Assembly: GCA_035555675.1 (NCBI GenBank)
Contig: DATMGH010000067.1
Coordinates: 61,442-125,441, forward strand
Source: Solirubrobacter sp.
GTDB lineage: Bacteria; Actinomycetota; Thermoleophilia; Solirubrobacterales; Solirubrobacteraceae
Length of the DNA stretch: 64,000 nucleotides
Reading direction: 5' to 3'
A program made the position numbers and the translations under genes. This document shows positions 44,366 through 52,858 of this stretch, in pieces. The notes under the pieces are model-generated. The model had not been told where the DNA came from, made no database searches, and was given only the letters and a program-made list of their open reading frames with translations. How positions within the stretch are numbered: position 1 is the stretch's first letter; each line of letters begins with the position of its first letter.

Positions 44366-45037
44366 CTGCGCAAGCTCCACGATCTGCTCGAACGGCTGCC
44401 CGACGACCTCGCCCGGCAGGCGGTCACCCATTCGTCCTGGACCGAACGGCGGGCGGACTCCTACGAGCGCCTGGCCTTCCTGGGGGACTCGGTGCTGTCG
44501 CTCGCGGTCACGACGCACCTGTACCCGCGGCTGCAGCCGGAGTCCCACGGCGCCGGGCGGCTGACGAAGATCCGCGCGCAGGCGGTCTCGGGGCGGTCGT
44601 GCCGGGAGGTGGCCGAGCGGCTCGGGATCCCGGAGCGCCTGCGGGCCGCGGCGCCCGAGTCGGTCGCCGGCCCGGCGACGGAGCAGCTGGCGCGCACGGA
44701 GCGCGTGCTGGCCTCGGTGATCGAGGCGGTGATCGGGGCGTGCTACCTCGAGTTCGGGTACCTGGAGGTGGCGGACGCGGTCGTCGAGGCGTTCACGCCG
44801 GAGATCGAGCGCGCGCTGGCCTACCCGGCGGACTTCAAGTCCGCGCTGCAGGAGCGGCTGGCGCGGCGCGGGGCGACCGTCGCCTACGAGATCGAGGCCG
44901 AGGAGGGCCCGCCGCACGAGCGGACGTTCGAGGTGGTGGCGATGGTCGAGGGGAAGGCCTTGGCGCACGGGTCCGGACGCTCGAAGAAGGACGCGGAGCA
45001 GGCGGCCGCGGAAGCCGCCCTGGAAACGCTGGGCTGA
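44366..45037 (+). CDS. rnc: Ribonuclease III (probable CTG start; degenerate catalytic signature)
   Basis: [28 protein letters not shown], dsRBD ([29 protein letters not shown]). Confidence 0.92.
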   Translation: MRKLHDLLERLPDDLARQAVTHSSWTERRADSYERLAFLGDSVLSLAVTTHLYPRLQPESHGAGRLTKIRAQAVSGRSCREVAERLGIPERLRAAAPESVAGPATEQLARTERVLASVIEAVIGACYLEFGYLEVADAVVEAFTPEIERALAYPADFKSALQERLARRGATVAYEIEAEEGPPHERTFEVVAMVEGKALAHGSGRSKKDAEQAAAEAALETLG

Positions 45038-45041
45038 CGCC

Positions 45042-48000
45042 GTGCACCTGAGCTCGATCAGCCTCAAGGGCTTCAAGTCCTTCCCGGACCGGACGCGGCT
45101 GACGTTCTCTCCCGGGGTGTCGGTGATCGTGGGGCCCAACGGCTCGGGCAAGTCCAACATCACGGACGCGGTGCTGTGGGCGCTCGGGGAGCAGTCGCCG
45201 GTCGCGGTCCGCGGGCAGTCGATGCAGGACGTGATCTTCGCCGGCGGGCACGGCGTGCAGGCGCGCGCCGACGCCGAGGTGGAGGTGGTGCTCGACAACG
45301 GGTCGGGCCGGCTGGACCTCCCGGTCGGCGAGATCTCGATCGTGCGCCGGCTCAACCGCGCGGGGGAGGGCGAGTACCGGATCAACGGCGCGCGCTGCCG
45401 GCTCGCGGACGTGATCGAGATCCTGTCGGACACGGGGCTCGGCAAGGAGATGCACTCGGTCGTCTCGCAGGGGCGCGTGGAGGCGATCGTGACCTCCAAG
45501 CCGCGCGACCGGCGGATGCTGATCGAGGAGGCGGCCGGGCTCGGCAAGCACCGCAAGCGCCGCCGCCGCGCCCAGCTCAAGCTCGAGCGCACGCAGGACA
45601 ACCTGGACCGCGCGCTCGACGTCGAGCGCGAGGCGCGCACGCGCCTGAAGCCGTTGAAGCGCCAGGCCGAGGCCGCGGAGCTGCACGAGCGGCTGGAGCG
45701 CCAGCTCGACGAGGCGCGCTGGACGCTGGCGCGCGACGCTGCGCGCGGCGCCCGTGCGGCGCTGGCCGCCGCGGAGGCCGCCGTCGCGGCGGCGCGCGCG
45801 GCGGCGGCGGACACCGAGGCGGAGCTGGGGGCGGTGCGCACGCGCCGCGAGGCCGCGGAGGAAGCGCTGGCGTCGCGCTCGTCGTCGCGCGAGGGGCTGT
45901 CCTCCCGGTTCTACTCGGCGCGGTCGTCCGGCGAGCGGATCGGCATGCGGCTGGACGCCGCCCAGCGCCTGGCGGCGGAGCTGACCGAGCGCGCGGCGCG
46001 CCGTCGCGGCGCGATCGCGCGGCTGGAGGAGGACGCGGCGGCGGACAGCGGCGACGACGGCGCGGCGGAGCGGATCGCCGCGCTGCGGGCCGAACTGGAG
46101 GAGCTGGCGCAGGACTACCGGGTGCGGCTCGAGCGCGAGCTGGCCGAGCTGGAGGAGCGCCGTTCGGCGGCGAGCGCGCTGGTCGCGGAGCGCACCGCGG
46201 CGGCCCGCGCGGCCGACGGGCGCCGCGCGGAGGGCGAAGCCGCGGCCGACGCGGCCCGCCGCGCGCGCCGGGAGCTCGACAAGGCCGCCGACCTGGCCCG
46301 CCGGGAGTCCGCCCGCGCCGGCGCCGAGCTGGCCAAGGTCAACCAGTTCCTGCGCGCGAACGCCGGCGCCCCGGGCGGCGCCGCCGCGCTGGCGGACACG
46401 CTGTCCGCGGCCCCCGGCTTCGAGCTGGCGCTGACCGCCGCCCTCGGTCCACGCCTGCGCGCCGCCGTCGCCCCGGACCTCGCGTCGGGCACGACCCTGC
46501 TCGCGCGGGCGGGCAAGGACGGCGGCGCGGCCGTGATCGTGCCCGCGCCGGGCGACCCGGTGCCGCCGGCCGCCGCGCCATCGTCGCCGGCGGGCCCGTC
46601 GGCCGCCGTGTCGCCGGCCGCCGCGCCTTCTTCGCCGGCGTCCCCGTCGGCCGCCGTGTCGCCGGCCGCCGCGCCATCGTCGCCGACCGCCGACCCCACG
46701 CCGCCCGCGCCCGGCGCCGAGCCCCTCTCGGCGCACGTCAAGGCGACCGGGGACGAGGGGGCGCAGCGGCTCGCGGCCGCCGTCCTGCGCGACGTCTGGG
46801 TTGTCGCGGACGTCGACGGGCTCGCGCCCGGCTTCGCGGGCGTCGCGGTCACGAAGGACGGGCGCGTGTGGTCACCCGCGACGCGCGAGCTGCGCCAGGT
46901 CGCGCCCGGCGGCGCCGATCGCGTGCTCGCCGAGCGCAACCGCCGCGACGCGCTGGTCGAGCAGGTCGAGGTGGCCGCGCAGCGGGAGCGCGCGGCGCTC
47001 GCCGACGTCGAGAGCGCGCAGGCCGAGGTGGCCGAGGCGGACACGCAGCGCGACGCGCTCGACCGCGACGCCCGCGCCGCCGCCCGCGCTCGCGACGAGG
47101 CCGCCGAGGCCGAGCGGCACGCGCGCTGGCTGATCCAGCAGCGCCGCGCGGCGCCCGACGAGGGCCCGAGCGCGGAGCGCAAGGCCCAGGTGGAGTCGGC
47201 GATCAAGACCGAGCAGCGGCTCGCCGAGCGCGCCGAGCGCGAGCGCCAGGAGCGCGCCCGCCGGCTCGAGCACGAGCGCCGCCGCCTGCAGCGCGACGAG
47301 CAGCTGCTGCCGGCCGCCAACCGCCTCGCCGCCGCGCTCGAGGGCGCGGCCCAGGCCGTCGCCACGCGCGTCGAGGTCCTCGAAGCGGAGCTGTCCGCCG
47401 ACCGCGCCGCGGGCGACAAGCTCGCCGCCGAGCTGCGCGACTGCTCAGCCGAGGAGTCCCGCGTCCACGCGCGCCTCAAGCAGCGCGGGGAGGAGGTCAC
47501 GCGCGGCGAGGTCAAGGCCCAGCAGGCGCGCGACCAGGCCACGGACGCCGAGCGCGAGCTCACCCGCCTGGCCGACAAGCTCGGCCTCGCGCCCGATCCC
47601 GCCGACGAACCGCTCCCCGACGCCGAGCGCGCCGGCCTGGACACCCGCATCGAGCGCCTGCGCCGCCGCCGCGAGCAGCTCGGCCCGGTCAACCCGCTCG
47701 CGCAGGAGGAGTACAAGGAGGCGCTCGAGCACGTCGAGGAGCTCGAGCGGCAGCGCCAGGACCTGGAGACCGCGCTGCGCGAGCTGCAGACGCTGATCCG
47801 CGACACCGACCGCCGCATCAAGGAGGCGTTCGAGGAGACGTTCGCCGCCGCCGCCAAGAACTTCGAGGAGGTCGTGGCGCAGATGTTCCCGGGCGGCCGC
47901 GGCCAGCTGCGGCTCGTGCGCGAGGACGCCGGCCCGCGCCCGGTGCTGGGCGGCGCGCAGGCCGAGGAGGCCGCGGCCGCGGAGCCCGACGAGGACGAGG

Positions 48001-48374
48001 ACGAGCGTCCCGACGACAAGCTCGGCGTCGAGATCGAGATCACGCCCGCCGGCAAGTCGACCAAGCGCCTGACGCTGCTGTCCGGCGGCGAGAAGTCGAT
48101 GACCGCGCTGGCGTTCCTGTTCGCGGTCTTCCTCGCCCGGCCGTGCCCGTTCTACATCCTCGACGAGGTCGAGGCCGCGCTCGACGACCTCAACATCGAC
48201 CGTTTTCTGACCGTGCTGCGGTCGTTCGCCGGCCGTGCCCAGTTCATCGTCGTGACGCACCAGAAGCGCACGATGGAGGCCGCCGACTCGCTGTACGGCG
48301 TCTCGATGGCGGGCAACGGCGTGTCGAAGGTGATCTCGCGCAAGCTCCCGCGGCAGATGGAGACGGCGGCGTGA
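45042..48374 (+). CDS. smc: Chromosome segregation protein SMC
   Basis: GFKSF, GPNGSGKSNI, LSGGEK, LDEVEAALD, THQK; long coiled coils. Confidence 0.96.
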   Translation: MHLSSISLKGFKSFPDRTRLTFSPGVSVIVGPNGSGKSNITDAVLWALGEQSPVAVRGQSMQDVIFAGGHGVQARADAEVEVVLDNGSGRLDLPVGEISIVRRLNRAGEGEYRINGARCRLADVIEILSDTGLGKEMHSVVSQGRVEAIVTSKPRDRRMLIEEAAGLGKHRKRRRRAQLKLERTQDNLDRALDVEREARTRLKPLKRQAEAAELHERLERQLDEARWTLARDAARGARAALAAAEAAVAAARAAAADTEAELGAVRTRREAAEEALASRSSSREGLSSRFYSARSSGERIGMRLDAAQRLAAELTERAARRRGAIARLEEDAAADSGDDGAAERIAALRAELEELAQDYRVRLERELAELEERRSAASALVAERTAAARAADGRRAEGEAAADAARRARRELDKAADLARRESARAGAELAKVNQFLRANAGAPGGAAALADTLSAAPGFELALTAALGPRLRAAVAPDLASGTTLLARAGKDGGAAVIVPAPGDPVPPAAAPSSPAGPSAAVSPAAAPSSPASPSAAVSPAAAPSSPTADPTPPAPGAEPLSAHVKATGDEGAQRLAAAVLRDVWVVADVDGLAPGFAGVAVTKDGRVWSPATRELRQVAPGGADRVLAERNRRDALVEQVEVAAQRERAALADVESAQAEVAEADTQRDALDRDARAAARARDEAAEAERHARWLIQQRRAAPDEGPSAERKAQVESAIKTEQRLAERAERERQERARRLEHERRRLQRDEQLLPAANRLAAALEGAAQAVATRVEVLEAELSADRAAGDKLAAELRDCSAEESRVHARLKQRGEEVTRGEVKAQQARDQATDAERELTRLADKLGLAPDPADEPLPDAERAGLDTRIERLRRRREQLGPVNPLAQEEYKEALEHVEELERQRQDLETALRELQTLIRDTDRRIKEAFEETFAAAAKNFEEVVAQMFPGGRGQLRLVREDAGPRPVLGGAQAEEAAAAEPDEDEDERPDDKLGVEIEITPAGKSTKRLTLLSGGEKSMTALAFLFAVFLARPCPFYILDEVEAALDDLNIDRFLTVLRSFAGRAQFIVVTHQKRTMEAADSLYGVSMAGNGVSKVISRKLPRQMETAA
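46566..46685 (+). repeat. About 2.5 copies of a 48-bp in-frame repeat (PAAAPSSPAxPSAAVS) in the SMC hinge region
   Basis: Units start at 46566, 46614 and 46662. Confidence 0.9.
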
Positions 48375-48389
48375 CCGCACCCGTCGCGC

Positions 48390-49568
48390 CTACGGCGTTG
48401 TCGTCGGCAGGGTCCTGACGCGCGCGATCTCGGCGCGCTCGTGCTGCACGCCGGGGCTGTCGTGGCCGTGGGCGAGCGCGATCTCGTGGGCGAGGTCGAA
48501 GGCGACGTGCAGGACGTGCTTGGCGTTGTGGTGGGCGCGGTGGCCCTTGCCGGAGCGGATGAAGCGCTTGCGTTGCCGGCGTGAGCTGCAGACGGCGTCG
48601 AGCTCGGCTTCGGTGAGGGTGCCGTTGGCGACTTCGGGTGCGAGGACGGCGCGGAGGAAGTCGCGTTCCTGCCGGCCGGTTCTGCGCATGACGACGAACA
48701 GGAGCACGAGGACGAGGACGGCGAAGGCGATCACGCCGAGCAGGCCGACGAGCGTGCCGGCGCCGATCGCGGCGATCCCGTCCCAGGTGCCGTGCGCGAG
48801 CATGCCGAGGAGCATCAGGCCGAGGCGCCGGGGTTGGATGGCCGTGCCGATCGCGTAGATCAGGCCGCAGCAGAAGAGTGCGCTGTAGAGCGTGTGGGAG
48901 AAGATCCCGGAGGCGGCGCGCAGGCCGAAGGTGCCGAGTGACGCGGTGAGCTGATCGGCGCCGAATCCGGCGATCGCGCTGTTGAAGTCGTAGAGCACGT
49001 CCTCGAAGAGCTGGAATCCGAGGCCGATGAAGGCGCCGAGGAAGACGCCGTCATAGGGGGTGCGGATCAGCCGGGGTGCGAGGCCGAGCAGCAGGATGAA
49101 CCCGGCGGCCTTGGACGTTTCCTCGGTGAAGGGCGCGGTCAGGGCGGGCGCCCAGTCGGTCGCGAACGCCTGACCGAACAGCTTGGGGTAGATGGCCAGC
49201 ATCGCGGTGTTGGCCGTCAGCGCGAACAGAAAGGTCGCGGGGATCGCGCCCCAGACGAAGGCGGTCAGCACGAGGTTGCGCGGTTGGCGCTCGTAGTGGT
49301 CGCCCAGCCGCAGCAGCGCCAGGAAGATCAGGCCGTACAGCGCGGTCGCCGTCGCGCCGGCGCCGAGGCCCACACCGACGACGCTCGCGCCGCGGTCGAA
49401 GTAGTCGATGAAGTGGATCGCCCCCAGCACCACGAACACGACGTAGAGCCAGAAGCACAGGTTGTGCGGCTGCCGGAGGCGAAACGGCAGGCCCCAGCCG
49501 GTGAGCTCGAGCACCTCGCGCCGGCGCTCCAGAGCGCCGGTGTCCGCGGTGGTCTCAGCGGCGCTCAT
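48390..49568 (-). CDS. prsW: PrsW-family intramembrane metalloprotease
   Basis: APFTEETSK, GLGFQLFEDVLY, H..YSA, HGTWD motifs. Confidence 0.88.
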   Translation of the reverse strand: MSAAETTADTGALERRREVLELTGWGLPFRLRQPHNLCFWLYVVFVVLGAIHFIDYFDRGASVVGVGLGAGATATALYGLIFLALLRLGDHYERQPRNLVLTAFVWGAIPATFLFALTANTAMLAIYPKLFGQAFATDWAPALTAPFTEETSKAAGFILLLGLAPRLIRTPYDGVFLGAFIGLGFQLFEDVLYDFNSAIAGFGADQLTASLGTFGLRAASGIFSHTLYSALFCCGLIYAIGTAIQPRRLGLMLLGMLAHGTWDGIAAIGAGTLVGLLGVIAFAVLVLVLLFVVMRRTGRQERDFLRAVLAPEVANGTLTEAELDAVCSSRRQRKRFIRSGKGHRAHHNAKHVLHVAFDLAHEIALAHGHDSPGVQHERAEIARVRTLPTTTP

Positions 49569-50215
49569 CGGGACGTCTGCGGGGCGTAGCGGATGCTGTC
49601 GATCATGTCGCCGACCTGCCTGCCGGTGGCGGCCATCGCGGCCGTCGAGCCGGTGAACGTGATCTTGACTCCGGTGTTGCCGTAGACCAGCGCGCTGACC
49701 ACGCCGGCGCCGTCGACCGTCGTGTAGGCCTGGGCGACGCCGCGGTCGCCCTGGTCGGTGTGGAAGGGGACGACGTCACTGGAGATATGAAAGGCCTTGT
49801 CGCCCGCGAGGGCGTGATCGACCTTGTCGATCTGGCGGAGCAACGCCGAGGCGTCGCCACGGAACGGGCCGGTCGACACGACGAACGACACCCCGCCCTT
49901 GGTCAGCGCGACGTCCTCGCCGGGTGCCCGGCTCCTGGTCAGATCGGTCGTCAGCAGGCCTGAGTCGACACCCCATCCTGGCTGCGCGTCCATCGTCAGG
50001 CCCTTTGCCAGCACGAACACGTCGCCGGCCTTCGTCTGCTGGCCGTAGCGCAGCCCGTCGTTGACGGCGGGAACGACCACCGTCCACAGCACGAACAAGC
50101 CGATCACCACCAGCCCCGGCAACAACGACCGCCGGTCCAAACCAAAGAACCGATGCTCGACGGGCACCCGCCCCGTGAGCGTCAGGCCGTCACCCCGGCG
50201 CCCCTCGCCAGTCAT
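49565..50215 (-). CDS. Single-TM membrane protein with an extracellular domain, coupled to prsW
   Basis: Hydrophobic LLPGLVVIGLFVLWTVVVP; ATGA overlap with prsW; TAGCGT lies 7 nt before ATG 50215. Confidence 0.75.
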   Translation of the reverse strand: MTGEGRRGDGLTLTGRVPVEHRFFGLDRRSLLPGLVVIGLFVLWTVVVPAVNDGLRYGQQTKAGDVFVLAKGLTMDAQPGWGVDSGLLTTDLTRSRAPGEDVALTKGGVSFVVSTGPFRGDASALLRQIDKVDHALAGDKAFHISSDVVPFHTDQGDRGVAQAYTTVDGAGVVSALVYGNTGVKITFTGSTAAMAATGRQVGDMIDSIRYAPQTSR

Positions 50216-50307
50216 GTGCCGAACGCTACTGACGCACGGGTGCCGGCGCTCCGGCACGATGGAGGCCACGGCATGACCCGGCCAGAGCCTTCGCATCCCG
50301 TACGAAC

Positions 50308-51132
50308 GTGACGCCGGCCGAGAACCCCGTCGGCGAGACCGCGCTCTGGACGCTCTACCACCGCGCGCTCGCCGCCCGCCGCGGCATCCTCGACGACCCG
50401 AAGGCGATCGCGCTGGTCGAAGCGATCGACTACCCCTTCGAGCAGCGCTTCGGCCGGCGCCGCTTCGCGACCTGGCAGGGCCTGCGCGTCCGCGCCTTCG
50501 ACACGCAGATCAAGCGCTTCCTGCAGGCCAAGCCGGACGCCACCGTCGTCGCGCTCGGCGAAGGCCTGGAGACCCAGTTCTGGCGCGTCGGCAACGGCCG
50601 CGTCACCTGGGTCACGGTCGACCTGCCCGAGATGATCGCGTTCCGCGAGCGCCACCTCCCGCCGACCACCCGCACGATCGCCGCGTCCGCGCTCGACGTC
50701 AACGCCTGGCGCGACGCGCGACCTGACCTGATCACCGCCCAGGGCCTGCTGATGTACCTCGACCGCGACGCGGTCCACACCCTGTTCGCGATCGCGCCAC
50801 CGGCGGCGGTCCTGTTCGACGTCGTCGCCCCCTGGCTGGCCGGCGCGAGCGCGAAAGCGCGCAGCGAGACCGACGACTTCCAGCCGCCCCCGTGGACCTA
50901 CACGGCCGACCCGCGGGAGCTCGCGTCGCTCCCGCTCGACGACCTCCGCCGCGTCCCGCTCCCGCACGCGGGCCACGTGCTCGTCCCGCTGGTCACCCGC
51001 CTGGTGCGCGCGATCGACGTCTACAGCGCGCGCACGAGCACGACGAACGCGAGCACCACCAGCACCGCGAGCACGACGAACGTCGCCACCGCCGCCCGCG
51101 CCGCCACGCGCGCGACCCGCCGCGACGCGTAG
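50308..51132 (+). CDS. Leucine-carboxyl-methyltransferase-like (LCM) SAM-dependent methyltransferase
   Basis: TALWTLYHRA, VVALGEGLETQFWRV, VDLPEM, TAQGLLMYL; its 3' tail overlaps an antisense gene. Confidence 0.85.
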   Translation: MTPAENPVGETALWTLYHRALAARRGILDDPKAIALVEAIDYPFEQRFGRRRFATWQGLRVRAFDTQIKRFLQAKPDATVVALGEGLETQFWRVGNGRVTWVTVDLPEMIAFRERHLPPTTRTIAASALDVNAWRDARPDLITAQGLLMYLDRDAVHTLFAIAPPAAVLFDVVAPWLAGASAKARSETDDFQPPPWTYTADPRELASLPLDDLRRVPLPHAGHVLVPLVTRLVRAIDVYSARTSTTNASTTSTASTTNVATAARAATRATRRDA

Positions 51133-51350
51133 CTCGCGTCCGTCGGCAGCCGCCGCTCCGCGAGCAGCATCAGCACGGCGCCCAACCAGCCCGCGCCGTA
51201 GTGCACCCGCTCGGCCTCGATCACCCGCTCGCGCCAGCGCGCCACCATCACCCGCGCCTCGCGCCGCTTGCGCACCGCCCGCCGCGGCAGCCGCTCCAAC
51301 CGGGCCTCCCAATAGGAGAGCGATTCACGAGCTTCAGGCAGAACGGACAC
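51021..51350 (-). CDS. Small basic membrane protein (hypothetical, not listed separately in the ORF track)
   Basis: ARESLSYWEARL..ARWRERV plus a C-terminal hydrophobic helix; TATCCT lies 8 nt before GTG 51350. Confidence 0.65.
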   Translation of the reverse strand: MSVLPEARESLSYWEARLERLPRRAVRKRREARVMVARWRERVIEAERVHYGAGWLGAVLMLLAERRLPTDASYASRRVARVAARAAVATFVVLAVLVVLAFVVLVRAL

Positions 51351-51357
51351 CGGCTCC

Positions 51358-51369
51358 GAGGATATCCTC
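51358..51369. promoter_or_regulatory. Perfect palindrome GAGGATATCCTC forming back-to-back TATCCT -10 boxes
   Basis: Lies between the divergent starts at 51350 and 51381. Confidence 0.6.
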
Positions 51370-51380
51370 CGCGCGACCTC

Positions 51381-52379
51381 ATGGCACGCGACTGGTACGA
51401 CCTCTTCCTGACCGACCACGGCGCCCCCGTGGACACCCCGGCCGAGCCCGAGCGCGAGGAGAAGCGCCGCGGCTTCTTCCGCCGCATGCGCGACAACATG
51501 CGCAAGACGCGCGAAGCGCTGCAGGCCGAGGTCCAGGCGACCCTGTTCGAGGGCGACCTGAGCGCCGACACCTGGGAGCGGCTCGAGGAGGCGCTGATCT
51601 ACGCCGACGTCGGCGCGCGCACGACCGCCCAGGTCGTCGAGGAGCTCGAGCGCGAGGCCGAGGAGGGCGGCCTCCAGGGCGGCGAGGCGCTCACGAACCG
51701 GCTGGCCGAGCTGCTGGCCCAGCTCGCCCGCACCGGCGACGACAAGATCGACCTGCGGGCGGACCCGACCGTGATCCTGGTCGTCGGCGTCAACGGCACC
51801 GGCAAGACGACCACGATCGGCAAGCTCGCCTGGCACCTGCGCAACACGCTCGACCGCAAGGTCGTCATCGGCGCCGCGGACACGTTCCGCGCCGCGGCCG
51901 TCGAGCAGCTCGAGCGCTGGGGCGAGCGCGCCGGCGTGGACGTCGTCAAGGGCCCGGAGGGCTCGGATCCCGGCGCGGTGGCGTTCGACGCGATCGCCCG
52001 CGGTCGGGAAAAGAACGCCGACGTGATCATCATCGACACCGCCGGCCGCCTGCACACGCAGACGAACCTGATGGAGGAGCTGGCCAAGGTCCGCCGCGTG
52101 ATCACCAAGCAGATGCCGGACGCGCCGCACGAGACGCTGATGACCGTCGACGCCACGACCGGTCAGAACGGCGTCCGCCAGGCGAAGCTGTTCGGCGAGG
52201 CGGTCGGCGTCACCGGGATCATCCTCACCAAGCTCGACGGGACGGCGAAGGGCGGCATCGCGCTCGCGATCGCCAACGAGCTGAAGATCCCGGTCAAGCT
52301 GATCGGCATCGGGGAGCAGCTGGAGGATCTGCGCCCGTTCGACGCCGACGACTTCGCCAAGGCGCTGCTGGCCGCGTAG
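51381..52379 (+). CDS. ftsY: SRP receptor FtsY
   Basis: GVNGTGKTTT, DTFRAAA, DTAGRL, TKLDGTAKGG, GIGE. Confidence 0.97.
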   Translation: MARDWYDLFLTDHGAPVDTPAEPEREEKRRGFFRRMRDNMRKTREALQAEVQATLFEGDLSADTWERLEEALIYADVGARTTAQVVEELEREAEEGGLQGGEALTNRLAELLAQLARTGDDKIDLRADPTVILVVGVNGTGKTTTIGKLAWHLRNTLDRKVVIGAADTFRAAAVEQLERWGERAGVDVVKGPEGSDPGAVAFDAIARGREKNADVIIIDTAGRLHTQTNLMEELAKVRRVITKQMPDAPHETLMTVDATTGQNGVRQAKLFGEAVGVTGIILTKLDGTAKGGIALAIANELKIPVKLIGIGEQLEDLRPFDADDFAKALLAA

Positions 52380-52416
52380 CGGCTCGCGCTCGAGTGGATA
52401 CGATCGGCAGAGAGAC

Positions 52417-52848
52417 ATGGATTCCTGGGTGCTCTGGGTGATCGTGGCGGTGGTGTTCGCGCTCGGCGAGCTGGCGAGCCTGAGCTTCTTCCTGGCGCCG
52501 TTCGCGGGCGGCGCGGCGGTGGCCGCCCTGCTCGCGGCGTTCGGCGCCGGCGCGACGATCGAGTGGGCGGCGTTCCTCGTCGTCTCGGTCGTGCTGCTGG
52601 CCGCCCTGCGGCCGATCGCGCGCGACCATCAGCGCAACCGGGGCACGATCAGGACAGGGACCGCGAGGCTGGTGGGGCAGACGGCGACGGTCGTCGAGCG
52701 CATCGAGAACGCCGAAGGCGTCGGCTGCGTGCGGCTCGACGGCGAGATCTGGACCGCGCGCGCGTACGACGACGACCATGTCATCGAGCCGGGGACCAGG
52801 GTCCACGTGCTCGAGATCCGGGGCGCCACGGCGCTCGTCAGCGAGTGA
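52417..52848 (+). CDS. NfeD-like partner of SPFH protein
   Basis: Three TM helices plus an OB-fold C-terminus (LVGQTA.V..G.VRLDGEIWTAR). Confidence 0.9.
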   Translation: MDSWVLWVIVAVVFALGELASLSFFLAPFAGGAAVAALLAAFGAGATIEWAAFLVVSVVLLAALRPIARDHQRNRGTIRTGTARLVGQTATVVERIENAEGVGCVRLDGEIWTARAYDDDHVIEPGTRVHVLEIRGATALVSE

Positions 52849-52858
52849 GGGAGAACCC

